Source: a virus. From it: a DNA stretch of 64,000 nucleotides. The stretch spans positions 32,001 to 96,000 of the IMG/VR virus record IMGVR_UViG_3300042542_003555. One strand, 5' to 3'. A model generated the notes under the pieces. The model was not told the DNA's origin. It ran no database searches and worked only from the letters and a program-made list of their open reading frames with translations. This document shows positions 19,101 through 29,749 of the stretch, piece by piece; positions within the stretch are counted from its first letter, which is position 1; each line of letters opens with the position of its first letter. A program made the translations under genes and the position numbers.

Positions 19101-21535
19101 TTTGCACCAGCAACAAGAACTAAAGATGCATGATCATAATAGTTATCTCTTTGCCCATTATCTAATCTAAACAGACTAGTAACATCATAAGCAGCATTAG
19201 ATAGCATTGCACTTGTTGCTGCTGTGCCTGGAGATTTTGTATCAATGATCTTTCTAATTTTCTTCACATCAGAAACATATAGTGAAGTGATTGATCCAAT
19301 ATCAGCATTTTGAATGTAGGCTTGACCTTTATTTAAATCAAGATATGTGTTATTGATTACGCCACTAGGACCAGCAATACTTGCAGATGTTGTGTTTCCT
19401 GTTACAAGATTTTTTGTTTTTAATATATTGGTTACATTGTCCGCATTTGAAACATTAACTGCTGCTATTACATCAACAACAATACCACCATAAGTGTCTG
19501 TTGTGAAGGTTACTGTCTTTTTGTCGCCAGAAAGAACTACAGTCTCACCAGATGATGTGAAGTCTAATATCTTTCCAGTCGCTCTATTAATGATTGTAAA
19601 GTTTTGTTTAACGGCATCTGAAGATAATGTTCCAGTACCCAAGAATGTCAGAGGAGTGCCAGCACCAATAGTGATGGTCAAAACGTAATTTGGTCCAGAA
19701 GAAGTAAATGTTTTTGCACGGAATACTTTAGTTGAAACATAATCACTGTTGCTGATATTTGCAACAAATGGATATCCAACTAAGAATAACATTTCTGGTG
19801 CATTTGGATTTTCAAGAATAGTGTCACCAGAAGCTACACCATTGAGTTTTCCTGCATTAGCAATATCTGCTGTAGCAATGATTACATTACTACTGTTTCT
19901 TGCAACAATAGAGTCAACAATTGTAGTCGAGAATTTCAAACTGAATTGTGTTGTGCTATCTGGTGTAACTGTAAATGGTGCATCAACTGTTGCTGTTCTG
20001 GTTGCTCCATTATATGAAACAATTCTTCTAATATCACCCACACTTGTTCCACCCGTGATAACAATAGTTGTAGAATAGTATGCATTTGCGGCAGTTGAGA
20101 ATTTACCACCAGCACCAGTGCCTGAGAAAGTAATTGTCGTTGGTGTTCCTGATGATGCTATTCCATTTAATGCATTTGTATTGATATCAGAAACATATGC
20201 CTTGTAGACATATGATGGAGTATTAGCATTTGATGTTGAACTTGAATACTTTAAGTTTCTTATACGTGCTGAACCAACTAATGTTGAGGCATATGTGGCT
20301 GTATTAGTCGTTAAAACATCAACGTTAGGAGTACAATGCAGATCAATGACTGGCATTGTAGTAACATCAAATGTTCCGTTTGCTGATGTTACTGTGAAAT
20401 AGCTGCCATAGTCAACAAATACAGCATTATTATTGATTGCATCTGTTGTTCTTGCTCTATTGATGCCACCCAATACTTCATCGGATTGATTTTCGATTCT
20501 ATAACCACGAACGTAAGCAAGTCCTTTACCAATCTTCAAATCATATTGTGCTGAATTCACTGTGTTTGCAGATGGTGTTAGCTTAAATTCATCAACAATA
20601 TAGTCACCATTGCTTTCGAAATCTCTCTTTGCAAAGTAATCATCGATAACAGAATAAACACTGTTATCTACTTGTTTGATAATAGTTCCATTACTTACTC
20701 TTACAAGTTCAATAAACTGATCATCATTTCCTGGTGTTAGTGGTAATGAAATAAGATCAAGACCAATCTTGAATCTATCAGCACCAGGTGCTTGATAGTT
20801 AGATGCACCAACAGCAGGATCTAATAATGAAGGATCGTTAACATAGTCAACAATTGTTTCCGTGATAGAAAGACCAACACGATATGATGGTGTATTGCTA
20901 TACTTGTCCAGAACAATAGTTTGTGGTGAAACTTGTACAAAATGTCCAATTGAATACTTGCTAAATGTTCCATCAGGATTCGGTGTTGATGAAATATTAT
21001 ATCCATTTACAATATAAAAAATACCTTGAGAAATGGATGCAGTAGATGTTTTTCCGGTGCAAGTGCTGAAGCCAGTAGAACCAATTGTTGTTGCTGTAAA
21101 GTTTGATCCATCAGTACAGAAGATTTGCATATTGTCTGTGAACTGAACACCAGAGTAATATGAAACATATAACGTAGGTGGATCTGCTTGTGAAGCTTCT
21201 GTCGTTGCAATTACTTTTGCTCTTACGATTCCTTCAGCATCTTGAATATCTTTGTTTAGAAAATTTTCAGCTATAACTTCTGTGCCAATTAGTGTTGTAA
21301 GATTTAACTTTACGTAATAGTTATTAAGGTTAGTTGTTACTTTACCACCAGAAACTGGAGAGTTCTGTGTGAAAATATGATCAGCAAAATTACTGATCTG
21401 ATTTTGTAGAATCGTTTGAGCCTGTGTTAATTCTCTCGCCTGAACCGCAAATCCTGGCTTAAATAGTATTCTATGAAAATTCTTTGTTGGGTCAAAATCA
21501 TCAAAATACGGATCAACGTTAAAATTTAGAGCCAT
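16118..21535 (-). CDS. N-terminal part of DUF4815/VrlC-like virion structural protein fused to a Hint domain
   Basis: PYFDDFD..KNFHRILFKPGFAVQARELTQ, APGADR and RFKNGILVDDF motifs; C-terminal Hint. Confidence 0.85.
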   Translation of the reverse strand: MALNFNVDPYFDDFDPTKNFHRILFKPGFAVQARELTQAQTILQNQISNFADHIFTQNSPVSGGKVTTNLNNYYVKLNLTTLIGTEVIAENFLNKDIQDAEGIVRAKVIATTEASQADPPTLYVSYYSGVQFTDNMQIFCTDGSNFTATTIGSTGFSTCTGKTSTASISQGIFYIVNGYNISSTPNPDGTFSKYSIGHFVQVSPQTIVLDKYSNTPSYRVGLSITETIVDYVNDPSLLDPAVGASNYQAPGADRFKIGLDLISLPLTPGNDDQFIELVRVSNGTIIKQVDNSVYSVIDDYFAKRDFESNGDYIVDEFKLTPSANTVNSAQYDLKIGKGLAYVRGYRIENQSDEVLGGINRARTTDAINNNAVFVDYGSYFTVTSANGTFDVTTMPVIDLHCTPNVDVLTTNTATYASTLVGSARIRNLKYSSSTSNANTPSYVYKAYVSDINTNALNGIASSGTPTTITFSGTGAGGKFSTAANAYYSTTIVITGGTSVGDIRRIVSYNGATRTATVDAPFTVTPDSTTQFSLKFSTTIVDSIVARNSSNVIIATADIANAGKLNGVASGDTILENPNAPEMLFLVGYPFVANISNSDYVSTKVFRAKTFTSSGPNYVLTITIGAGTPLTFLGTGTLSSDAVKQNFTIINRATGKILDFTSSGETVVLSGDKKTVTFTTDTYGGIVVDVIAAVNVSNADNVTNILKTKNLVTGNTTSASIAGPSGVINNTYLDLNKGQAYIQNADIGSITSLYVSDVKKIRKIIDTKSPGTAATSAMLSNAAYDVTSLFRLDNGQRDNYYDHASLVLVAGANKPKGNILVVFDYYSHTGGDGYFDVNSYLAPNSSSPEVYQEISTYISTNGTVYRLADALDFRPVRKNAQAAFEFNYTGNPAADDTGILIPENLSEYVSDYDYYLGRKDKLVLTKDRAFLMVQGTPSIFPTLPKEPDGSLVLANLSYDPYTAYIPGEVPGGGQANLSIEKVLNKNWIKKDITDLQTRVNDLEYYASLSLLETNAQSLQVPDVNGLNRFKNGILVDDFSSFSAADTANPDYAAKINTTKRRLSPINTVDNYQLQNPIVLNSLGTLRTFNNIAVSSIGGTSTNIFTLPYTSSNVVIQSLASSTISLNPFNVAVYQGVARITPPMDNWVDNSQAPSLLIVNPGTEVYQQTNGVNVVNAGDWTTIPGTSYDIVSTSTSSSGRAVTTTTTTRSYQDQLQTITTAGNYQQVSSTVGLGNGYITNISVLPYIRPQQLIFRAEGLLVNTPVSAWFDGVSVDNYLTSPNTLELTGVTGTFNEDDIVGFYYNNAFNATGRVVSIYKYPNTSNVRLYLSTLQGAPSYVPTNTFQNALFNSGGTYTSSTASGTLNTAAATAKLSTSGTLSGVGGSYNNSITGGLQLYKVQNSHAWGTFLNQYGIWGDLNASASYSATFAITPEDTGTYTVQVSSSGAYTLTSNGSTIISGAANPTTVNQASLNVASLGTKTLAWSVTGSPGPSGIAVVIKNAADEIVFESTSPPNTNYDSVAQVVVMPEGGAWFTGVTKVKLDGNASNVANYYVGTKLSVTSTYIFAYTVQTATYVPPPPPRRRGRCFTEDSLVLLADGSTKKISEVQVGDKVYNWKKREVNTVTFVEKTLDTKFEQLYSVKEDEKPFATINHPLYIDGELCSPISDEIYEAYPWLGRTKQIKPFNVVPAEGKPVYNLWVDGDGTYQVNGYGTTSIIGEGGVLRKVAEREYITSERASDLLIKFTEAGKNTVYGAYLLNNYFGKLDNKLVNLILIKAFKDDESKFTQKSVMLLFKIFGKLACIVNNK
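16119..16125 (-). promoter_or_regulatory. Possible late promoter (ATAAATA) for the second half of the split gene
   Basis: Box overlaps the stop of 16118..21535, about 25 nt before the ATG at 16094. Confidence 0.45.
16397..16783 (-). other. Hint (Hedgehog/intein) domain, about 129 aa, without the terminal His-Asn
   Basis: Block A CFTEDSLVLLADGSTKKISEVQVGDKV, block B ATINHPL, block F VYNLWVDGDGTYQVNG, ending GYGTTS. Confidence 0.85.
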
Positions 21536-21544
21536 TTTTTTCCC

Positions 21545-22927
21545 TTAGTATCCTAATACAAATCTTAATTGTTCTATACCATCCGCACTTCTTTGAATTG
21601 AGCTTCTGTTTTCCACAAACATGATGTGACCAGAAAAGATATCATAATCGGGGTTACTTATTGTGGTAGTAGTTCTTGCTGTACCAGATGTATCACCAAA
21701 AAGAGTGCTGTTAATCACAGGAGTTCCTGTAGTATTTAGTAGTCTAATTACACCCGTAGCATCGTCAAAACTAAGCACAGTTGCTTTAAAAAATGCTGTT
21801 GCTAAACTTGTGCCTTGATATACTATTTCATCACTGAGATAGGTACCAGTTCCACTTACTAGAACTAAATCCGTAGTGGTTTTATAGATTGCTGAATTGG
21901 CCGGACTTGGATAACTTGCACGGGAGTATGGGTTTACAATAATTCCAACTTGACGAAAATCAATATCTGTTGGTACTATTCCATTCTCATCACCTATAAA
22001 CTCTGTCGTAAACATTACATGTGAACATCCCAATTCTGAAATAGGATCTGTTCCATGACCAGAGATAGGCGATACTGGCGCAATTGCTGTTGCTCCTGAA
22101 CCTTCAGATGAACTAATAATTACATTTGCAAACGTATACCCAGAACCTTGGTTTGTTACTGTAATGTCTGTGACTACGTTTGCTGAAACTTGTACTGAAC
22201 CTGTTGCTCCGGTACCATCACCAACTATACTTACAGTAATAGGATTAGTTATTGGGTTATATCCTGAACCACCATTTGTTACATTGATTACGTCAATGTT
22301 ACCTGATCTAGCTGGTGTTGTTTGCCATGGTGGAAAATACAGAGATGTTGGTCCCGTTCTACCTATAGGTATTGGCATCCAAGTTGTGTCCATGAATTTT
22401 AATTTTGATCCAATGTCAACAGTATAGATATATTTCCATTTGTAGCCATCAGAACCTATATAAAGATTATTTGATGAATATGTACCTGGTTGAAAATACG
22501 GCTCATCAGTTGCAGCACCACCATTGTCATTCCACAGGCATTTGAATACTTGATCGTAACGATTTTTTACATAGAATTCATATATTAAAAAACCATTTTC
22601 ATCTTGTTCCAACATATCAACATTGTCTTGATAATAATCATACACTGTGCCAGATACCCAATCAAATCTTTCAATGACAGGAGAAATATTGTTGATACCT
22701 ATTTTTTTAGTAGCAAAAACATTCTTATAAATCTTTTTCAGATTCATTTGATCTTGTGTTGGCTGCGGAGGCGCATTTTCATTTGGCCAAGGATCGACTT
22801 TTGCTAGAAAACAATAAAAAGTTTCTAGGTAATCGCTTGTAGAAAATATTTGAGCAACAGGAGAATAATAGTGTTCTCTGACTCCTGTTAGTTTTGCTGC
22901 ATATGTGATTATATTTTTATCTGCCAT
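21545..22927 (-). CDS. gp8: Baseplate wedge subunit gp8
   Basis: WVSGTVYDYY, VFKCLWN, DGYKWKYIY, GHG.DP..ELG, DFRQVGII motifs. Confidence 0.9.
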   Translation of the reverse strand: MADKNIITYAAKLTGVREHYYSPVAQIFSTSDYLETFYCFLAKVDPWPNENAPPQPTQDQMNLKKIYKNVFATKKIGINNISPVIERFDWVSGTVYDYYQDNVDMLEQDENGFLIYEFYVKNRYDQVFKCLWNDNGGAATDEPYFQPGTYSSNNLYIGSDGYKWKYIYTVDIGSKLKFMDTTWMPIPIGRTGPTSLYFPPWQTTPARSGNIDVINVTNGGSGYNPITNPITVSIVGDGTGATGSVQVSANVVTDITVTNQGSGYTFANVIISSSEGSGATAIAPVSPISGHGTDPISELGCSHVMFTTEFIGDENGIVPTDIDFRQVGIIVNPYSRASYPSPANSAIYKTTTDLVLVSGTGTYLSDEIVYQGTSLATAFFKATVLSFDDATGVIRLLNTTGTPVINSTLFGDTSGTARTTTTISNPDYDIFSGHIMFVENRSSIQRSADGIEQLRFVLGY

Positions 22928-22937
22928 GATTTATTTA

Positions 22938-24839
22938 TTAAGCGTTTTGAACTGATACGAATGTGTTTGCTAAGTCACCATCAATACTAAAGTACCTCAA
23001 GTATGCAGAACTAGTTGCTGACATATTAAATGTTGTAGAATTGATAGTAGAATTTAGTGCTGTACAACCATGAGTAACTGTTCTCTGATTACCGCTAGTA
23101 TTGGTTAACCAAACTTCAACTACTTTACCATAAACAAAATTTGAAAGTGTGATAGTTAAATCCGCAACCAATTCTGCTTTAATCAATGATGTTGTTGAAA
23201 AATCAATTGTAAAGGCTGTCTGAGCACCCTGTAAAACTGTTGGTGTATAAATGAATCCTTTTTCTGGACCAACAGTACCAGTAAAATAAACAGAATCAGC
23301 ATTAAATGAAGCAATTTCATTAACAACATTTGAACCTGTTGGTGTATTCCAAAATCTTATTCTGGATCCACGATTTGTATCCGAATGATTTTCAGTAGCA
23401 ACAAAATCAATTCTTGCATCACCAAATGGTGCATATCCTGTAGTACCATAAGAGTTACCAGCAATACGCAACAGAATATCATTGTTCTGTGTTGGTGTTG
23501 GCGCACTTACTGTACCTCTGGCTGCTCTACCGGCAATGACAGGGTATGCTGTATTTGAAGTACCAAAAGAATCAATCAACACTCTAGCAGGTGTATTTGC
23601 TTTACTGGTCAATTGCATCAATGTACCAGCCTGTGTAGGAGTTTGTGAACTTCCTGCTGCTGTGATGGTAAAGGCGGCTTCTGTTGCACTAAAGTTGCTG
23701 TTTGCAAGAACCATGGTGCTGTTGACAGTTACAGCACCCGTCATGTAGGTGTTTGCAATCATTGACACATTGCCCGTAAGTGTTGAAGTACCACTTACAA
23801 TTAGATTACCTGTTGTGATGGGACCTGTAGAACTTGTTGTTCCTAGAACTGTAACATTTCCTGTTATATTTAAACTTCCATCAAATGTTCCTGATGTGTT
23901 TGCTAATGCATTGTTTGCTTTAGTGAATGCCGCTTGCGTAAAAGTATTTACTGAAGCAATATTGGTATTCTGAAGATCATTAATTGTTTGTAGGTATACA
24001 GTATTACTTGATGCATTATTAGCTTGAGCATAAGCAGCAGTTGCTAAGGCTACACCAGCATTTGCTGAAGTCCAGCCACTATTGGCTGTAAATGAAGCCA
24101 TTGAAGCATAGGTATTAACTGAACTGATATTTGTGTTCTGAGTGACATTAATTTGTCCTTCTGCATTCGCTTTACCATATGCAGCTAAAGCTAATGTGTT
24201 AATTGCTACTGTATTTGCACCCGCTGTGTTTGCGGCAGCAAAGGAACCTTGTGAATAATCCGCTGCTACTGCTGCGGTGTTCTGAGATGTTCCATCTGCA
24301 AAGATGATAGGTTTTTTAGTTAATCTAAATCCCGTATTATCAATCATTCTGGCAACAACATTTGCTTGTTCATAGCCACCAAGAACAAACTCAATTTGTT
24401 TACCTGATGTAATTGAACCAAGCATCAAGTTACCGCCAGGGTTACTTGTTCCACCACCTGCAACAATCAAATATCCATCCAATGGACTTATATTGTAATT
24501 GGAGTTATTAATACCCAAATCAACATAGTAAGTTGTATCTGTTCCTGTGTCGGCAGTTGCAACATAATCTGCCGATCCATTTGCTACACTATTTAACAGA
24601 TTAACTTGCAAATATGCTTCAGAATCTCCAGCAAACTGTGCAACCACATTAGGAAAAACAACAGGATTATCTCCAACATTCAACACGTTATTAGCATATA
24701 ATCTCTCAGCTAATTGTGTTGCGGTAAATTTACCTGTTATTCCTGTGGGAATATCAACACCAAGAAAGAGACTGTTTGATGTATTTGCATTCAGTCCTCC
24801 TGGAATATTTGGTAATTGTGAAATTTTTACTGTTGACAT
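22938..24839 (-). CDS. Virion structural/fibre-like protein
   Basis: VKISQLP N-terminus; shares SANAGVALATAAY and FTKANNALANTSGT repeats with fibre genes. Confidence 0.65.
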   Translation of the reverse strand: MSTVKISQLPNIPGGLNANTSNSLFLGVDIPTGITGKFTATQLAERLYANNVLNVGDNPVVFPNVVAQFAGDSEAYLQVNLLNSVANGSADYVATADTGTDTTYYVDLGINNSNYNISPLDGYLIVAGGGTSNPGGNLMLGSITSGKQIEFVLGGYEQANVVARMIDNTGFRLTKKPIIFADGTSQNTAAVAADYSQGSFAAANTAGANTVAINTLALAAYGKANAEGQINVTQNTNISSVNTYASMASFTANSGWTSANAGVALATAAYAQANNASSNTVYLQTINDLQNTNIASVNTFTQAAFTKANNALANTSGTFDGSLNITGNVTVLGTTSSTGPITTGNLIVSGTSTLTGNVSMIANTYMTGAVTVNSTMVLANSNFSATEAAFTITAAGSSQTPTQAGTLMQLTSKANTPARVLIDSFGTSNTAYPVIAGRAARGTVSAPTPTQNNDILLRIAGNSYGTTGYAPFGDARIDFVATENHSDTNRGSRIRFWNTPTGSNVVNEIASFNADSVYFTGTVGPEKGFIYTPTVLQGAQTAFTIDFSTTSLIKAELVADLTITLSNFVYGKVVEVWLTNTSGNQRTVTHGCTALNSTINSTTFNMSATSSAYLRYFSIDGDLANTFVSVQNA

Positions 24840-24842
24840 GTT

Positions 24843-27674
24843 TTATCCTAATAAGATGATTCTATCGTCTTCCGTTACGATTGTTTCTCCAGACTCAGTA
24901 ATTAGTTCTGGGAAGTATTGTGTTCCTATTGGTCCATAAATAACTATCTGATTTTGTTTAGTAACATCTCCTCCGGCAGAGAAAGTTCTTAAAACGCTTA
25001 GGTTTGCTCCAGCGTTTGCTGTTACCGCAGAGGAAAGAACGATATTACCTGCAACATAATCTATAGAAGAAACTGTTCTTATGGCACCATTTACCCTTAC
25101 CTGATCTCCTACATATACAATATCTTTTAGGGGATAAGCAGTGTTACTATAAACACCATTATTAATGATATCATAAGTGCCAGTTAATGATAGTATATTT
25201 ATTGTGGTACAGGATGAAACCGCAGAGATTCTTGCAACATTCGGGAAAGTTAACCAAGTATTAGCAGCAATAGTAATCGTATTTGTTGCTGGATTAATAG
25301 ACGTAATTTCCGAATGAACATTTGGACCATTTGTTGGTCCTAGAGAAATTGTGCTGTTCGCAAAGATGAAGTTTGCAATGTTTACACCAGAAGCAAGATT
25401 GTAGAATGTGATTACATTGCTACTTAAATTTGCAAAATCTGTTCTAATCACAGCATTTGCTGAAGCAACATTAGTATAGAAATATAAAGTTTTACCTATT
25501 GATGTGGCTTCTAACATACGCAAATCTAAACTATTGTTAGATTTGAGAGCATATCTACCAATGACTTTCATACCTGCTGGATGTAGCAGACCCAATAGAA
25601 CTTCTCTGTATTTGCTAATCTCCTTGTCTACAGTAATTTGATAAGTGAAGTTATTGTAATCATCACTCTGTAGGATACTGAACGCACTAGGCTGTCCTCT
25701 GCTATCCAAATACTGACCTTGACTAAATGCCAATCCATTCAGGAATGTTGCTGTTGCTTTAGCTGTGCCATCACCATATGTACGAACACCAGAAGAAAAT
25801 TCTGGACTACCAACATAGAAATAGTTCTCTGCATAGTTTGTGGGATCAATATCTAAAACTAAATTCTGATCGGAAACTTTTAGTTGTAATGCTGTGTTTG
25901 GTGTTGAACTATAGTTATAGATTCTCAATCTATATTTTGATTGCGTTGTTATTAAATTAGGTACTAATAATGAGAAAGAATCTATGTAGGCAGAATATGA
26001 AGCTGATGATACGTTCGCACCTTGAAAAATTACGTTTCCTGTTTGTGCAATCAGGTTTGTGTCTACGTTAGAAACAATAATATCTTGAACTTTTAATGAT
26101 ACGTTTGGTGCAGCAATATAATCTTCACCTAAATTTGTTGCTGTGATTGTTGTGATTGATCCAATTCTATCTGTTACCGGAGTAAATGATGCACCTTGTC
26201 CTAAGATACCATCAATGTAGATTGATGCATTTGAACCACCTGATGTTGATATGGTCAATATAGGCAGTGCGTCAAGACGGTATCCCAATCCACCGAGTGG
26301 ATAAGTTCCATCACCAGGAACAAATTCTACTTCGGTGATCGCTCCATTGGCTGCCACGTTGATGACATTTGCATGGGCGCCATATCCAGAACCACCAGTA
26401 AATACAATTTGATCGTTTGCTGCATAACCAATACCTGGGTTTCCTATTTGTATTGGGGCTAATATTCCTAATGATCCCAAATCACCTTTTGCTGATGGGT
26501 TGTCTGTTGGGTATGTTGAAATTGCTCTGACACCGATTGCCGCAGCAGAACTGATGCCTCCACCACCATTAACAACACCAACAGATGTGATGGGGAAAGC
26601 AAAGAATGACGTTGTGTTTGGAAACGAATTTGCTAAAGATGTATTAGCATTTGCAGTTGAACTAAGACTGATAAAACTATATGTTGCATTCCCAATAGGG
26701 ACGCTTGCAGCATAAGTTATACCATAGCCTATGATTCCTGATACGTTGGCTACATATCTATCTGTGTCATCAAAGTTTGCTACTTGTGCTATAGCGCCTG
26801 ACGCATTAGTTAATGAGATGATTGTATTTGAGTTAGCATTATATCCATAACCACCAGTTATGGTATTAATTCTTTGAATAGAACCTTTTGTTGTTTCACT
26901 GACGATAGCAGTAGCACCAACTCCTGTATTAGCATTTAATCCACCAACAAAGACAACAGGGTCACCTTCCTTGTATAGCTGACCTCTATTATTTGGATCA
27001 ATTCTAACCTGGTTGATTTGACCAATTATCTTTGCTCTAAGAACATTACCATCAAATAAAACTGGTTGATTAAAAGCATCTACCACTTTAACAAACTCAC
27101 CCGTTTCAAAAACTCTAGTTACATTTGAAATATAAACTTCAGTCTTTGTGTTTGCTATTACTGCATTTTCAATTGTAGCGATTGTCTTTGATGTTTCACC
27201 AAACAATCTTAGATTTGTTGTGTCTAAGAAATTGATATCGTCGGAAGCCAAACGAACACTTCTTGCAACATACCAAACTCCATCGGATGCTCTTAGTACA
27301 TAATCTTTTGTGTTGAAGTAATCAAAGTCAGAATCATACAATAATCTAAAAAGAAAACTATATGACGCTGGTGTTCCTTTTGATTTATATAATTGTCTGG
27401 CTAGTTTTACTGCTTTCTTCTTGTCTACTAGAATATCATCTGGAAAATTAGGAAGAAAATCATTGACAAAGTATTCTACAAACTCATTTGTTGTTTCATC
27501 AATATCTTTATAACTAAGTAAATTTTTTGAATAATCCAACACCTTCCCATTCTGTTCAAGCCACTCATAGTATGCCTGTGTAAACTCGATAAATTTGGAA
27601 TAGTCTGGATTGTCCCTGATAAAATCAGGAAACTGTGAAGGTATTAATAAAGAGGTCTTTTTATCTGTAGACAT
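24843..27674 (-). CDS. gp7: Baseplate wedge initiator gp7-like
   Basis: SQFPDFIR..FIEF..AYYEWLE, LYKSKGT..S..FLFR, LQSDDYNNFTY..HPAGM; lies between gp6 and gp8. Confidence 0.8.
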   Translation of the reverse strand: MSTDKKTSLLIPSQFPDFIRDNPDYSKFIEFTQAYYEWLEQNGKVLDYSKNLLSYKDIDETTNEFVEYFVNDFLPNFPDDILVDKKKAVKLARQLYKSKGTPASYSFLFRLLYDSDFDYFNTKDYVLRASDGVWYVARSVRLASDDINFLDTTNLRLFGETSKTIATIENAVIANTKTEVYISNVTRVFETGEFVKVVDAFNQPVLFDGNVLRAKIIGQINQVRIDPNNRGQLYKEGDPVVFVGGLNANTGVGATAIVSETTKGSIQRINTITGGYGYNANSNTIISLTNASGAIAQVANFDDTDRYVANVSGIIGYGITYAASVPIGNATYSFISLSSTANANTSLANSFPNTTSFFAFPITSVGVVNGGGGISSAAAIGVRAISTYPTDNPSAKGDLGSLGILAPIQIGNPGIGYAANDQIVFTGGSGYGAHANVINVAANGAITEVEFVPGDGTYPLGGLGYRLDALPILTISTSGGSNASIYIDGILGQGASFTPVTDRIGSITTITATNLGEDYIAAPNVSLKVQDIIVSNVDTNLIAQTGNVIFQGANVSSASYSAYIDSFSLLVPNLITTQSKYRLRIYNYSSTPNTALQLKVSDQNLVLDIDPTNYAENYFYVGSPEFSSGVRTYGDGTAKATATFLNGLAFSQGQYLDSRGQPSAFSILQSDDYNNFTYQITVDKEISKYREVLLGLLHPAGMKVIGRYALKSNNSLDLRMLEATSIGKTLYFYTNVASANAVIRTDFANLSSNVITFYNLASGVNIANFIFANSTISLGPTNGPNVHSEITSINPATNTITIAANTWLTFPNVARISAVSSCTTINILSLTGTYDIINNGVYSNTAYPLKDIVYVGDQVRVNGAIRTVSSIDYVAGNIVLSSAVTANAGANLSVLRTFSAGGDVTKQNQIVIYGPIGTQYFPELITESGETIVTEDDRIILLG

Positions 27675-29749
27675 TATTGCAGTTTAGCAGTTAAATTCAC
27701 AACAACAGCGTTAGGATCAAAAGGATCCACTGTAATTATTCGATTAAACGATGATGATATAATTGTCGTTGCTGGGTTTGCAGTTATAGTTAATTCTGCT
27801 AGTTCATTACTTACAGTAACAGGATTGAACGAATTCAATTGAACAAGTCCAGTCTCGTAGTCTACTGTACCAATAGGATCAGTTAAAATGATTTTGACAC
27901 CAGATGCATTGTAATAATATGTTCTCAGTGCACCTAATCTACCTTGAATATTTGCAATCGCTACACCTAGTGTTCCTGTTGTGTCTCCTTCTGCTGCCGT
28001 GATCGATACTACAGCACTGGTATAACCAGAACCATTATTGGTCATATTGATTTCTCTGATAGTACCATTTGAATTGATTACGGCAACCGCAGTTGCACCA
28101 GCTCCATCTCCAGTTATTGTTACTATTGGTGCGCTTTGATATTTAATACCAGGATTGATAATTGAAATAGAATCAACACCACCAGTAGATGAAGGAATTT
28201 CTTCAATGAAAACATTTGTTATCGTGCTGGTTAAATTATCTGGGTCTCTAAATGTCATCGCAGGAGTGCTTGTGATACCACTCTGGAACATGCCTTTTGC
28301 TAATTTAGTACCAAAATTTAAATTGTAATTTGTTGGAATTGTCAGTGAAGGAAAAAATTTCTTCTGCGTCTGTACGATCAATTCATTCGTTATGATAGAA
28401 GAATCAACAGATAATATGGCACTGGTAATATCTGTTTCTAAAAATGTTGAGTTGAAAGTATTCAGCAAGTTTGTTGCAGTGTTTGCAATCGTATTTTTAA
28501 TTGTTTCTCTAAGTTGTTCTTGTGATAGTGTTGTCTTTCTTGGATCATAAAGAACATTTGTCGTTATCTTCAAATACGTATAATCTGGATCAATTAATGT
28601 AGGCTCAACTGTTAACACAGAAATTGGCTTAATAACATCTTGTATAATTCTTTGCTTCTGTGTATCTGTGAAGAAGTATGCACCCGCAGGTTTGATTGAT
28701 ACAAATACTTGTCCATAAACTGGAGGATCATTTTCTTGTCCTCCCCAAACATTAACAGCATCAAAAGAATAACCTAAGTTATTTTGTTGAATCAACGTAA
28801 TATAGTCATTTTTGGATACTGCACGATTTTGTGCTGAGTATGATTTTGGTGCTTGATATTTAATTGATTCTATCGTTTCTGCTTGTCCACCATTAGATGC
28901 AGAGAAGATAGGTGAAACTAATGGTGTTCCACCAGTAGCCGTTGTCAATGTAAAATTGTTTGCACCTGCTGCGGCTGTACCGCTTGTCTGCACAAAAGTA
29001 ACAATGATAGCAGAACCGTCAACTAATTTTTTACCTAGTATACCATCACCAAAATATATTTGATAGTTACCATTAAAACTCTCTTGCAAGAAATATACCT
29101 TTGATGATGAATTCAAAGTTAATGCATCAGTGGCCAATGTATATACATCAAAAACACTTGATGTTGGATTAGGATATACTCTTACTGAAAGTGTGGTTGT
29201 ATCAATAGTTTCTTGAGGTAAATCGAACAATGCATCAGGATTAGAACTCTCATCATACGTGAAGGTGTATGTAGATGGTATACCTTGTTTGATGTTTAAA
29301 TTATTGAATGTTGCAACACCACCAACTATATTTGATGTATATGAATCTGTAGTAACAAAGTTGTAGTTTATTCCATTGACTCTATCAGACAAAAATGATG
29401 AAAATTTTGGAAGAGTGTATGCACTTCCAGTAAGTCCCGAAATACTCAAATTGACTACTGCTGAAGGAGCAATCGCTGATCTTGGCGTATATCCTAAAAG
29501 CTTGGCATGAGAAACAACAGAATTTCTTTGTAGTGCAGAATCTAAGAACATTTCATTTGCTACCATATTTAGGTAGTATGCATTGTATTGGGTATTATAT
29601 GTTAATATGTCTAGTAGAGTGCTGATACCTGAACCAGCAAAATTATAATCTTTAAATGTGTCTTTAGATTTTAAGAATGTTGCTAAACTAGTTTTGATAT
29701 TATCAAAATCTAAGTCTGCTACTTGATTGTATGTATTGGCTGTGGCCAT
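27674..29749 (-). CDS. gp6: Baseplate wedge subunit gp6
   Basis: LDFDNIK..DYNFAGSG..YNTQYNAYYLNMVANEMFLDSA; AQNRAV..DY; WGGQENDPPVYG. Confidence 0.95.
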   Translation of the reverse strand: MATANTYNQVADLDFDNIKTSLATFLKSKDTFKDYNFAGSGISTLLDILTYNTQYNAYYLNMVANEMFLDSALQRNSVVSHAKLLGYTPRSAIAPSAVVNLSISGLTGSAYTLPKFSSFLSDRVNGINYNFVTTDSYTSNIVGGVATFNNLNIKQGIPSTYTFTYDESSNPDALFDLPQETIDTTTLSVRVYPNPTSSVFDVYTLATDALTLNSSSKVYFLQESFNGNYQIYFGDGILGKKLVDGSAIIVTFVQTSGTAAAGANNFTLTTATGGTPLVSPIFSASNGGQAETIESIKYQAPKSYSAQNRAVSKNDYITLIQQNNLGYSFDAVNVWGGQENDPPVYGQVFVSIKPAGAYFFTDTQKQRIIQDVIKPISVLTVEPTLIDPDYTYLKITTNVLYDPRKTTLSQEQLRETIKNTIANTATNLLNTFNSTFLETDITSAILSVDSSIITNELIVQTQKKFFPSLTIPTNYNLNFGTKLAKGMFQSGITSTPAMTFRDPDNLTSTITNVFIEEIPSSTGGVDSISIINPGIKYQSAPIVTITGDGAGATAVAVINSNGTIREINMTNNGSGYTSAVVSITAAEGDTTGTLGVAIANIQGRLGALRTYYYNASGVKIILTDPIGTVDYETGLVQLNSFNPVTVSNELAELTITANPATTIISSSFNRIITVDPFDPNAVVVNLTAKLQ

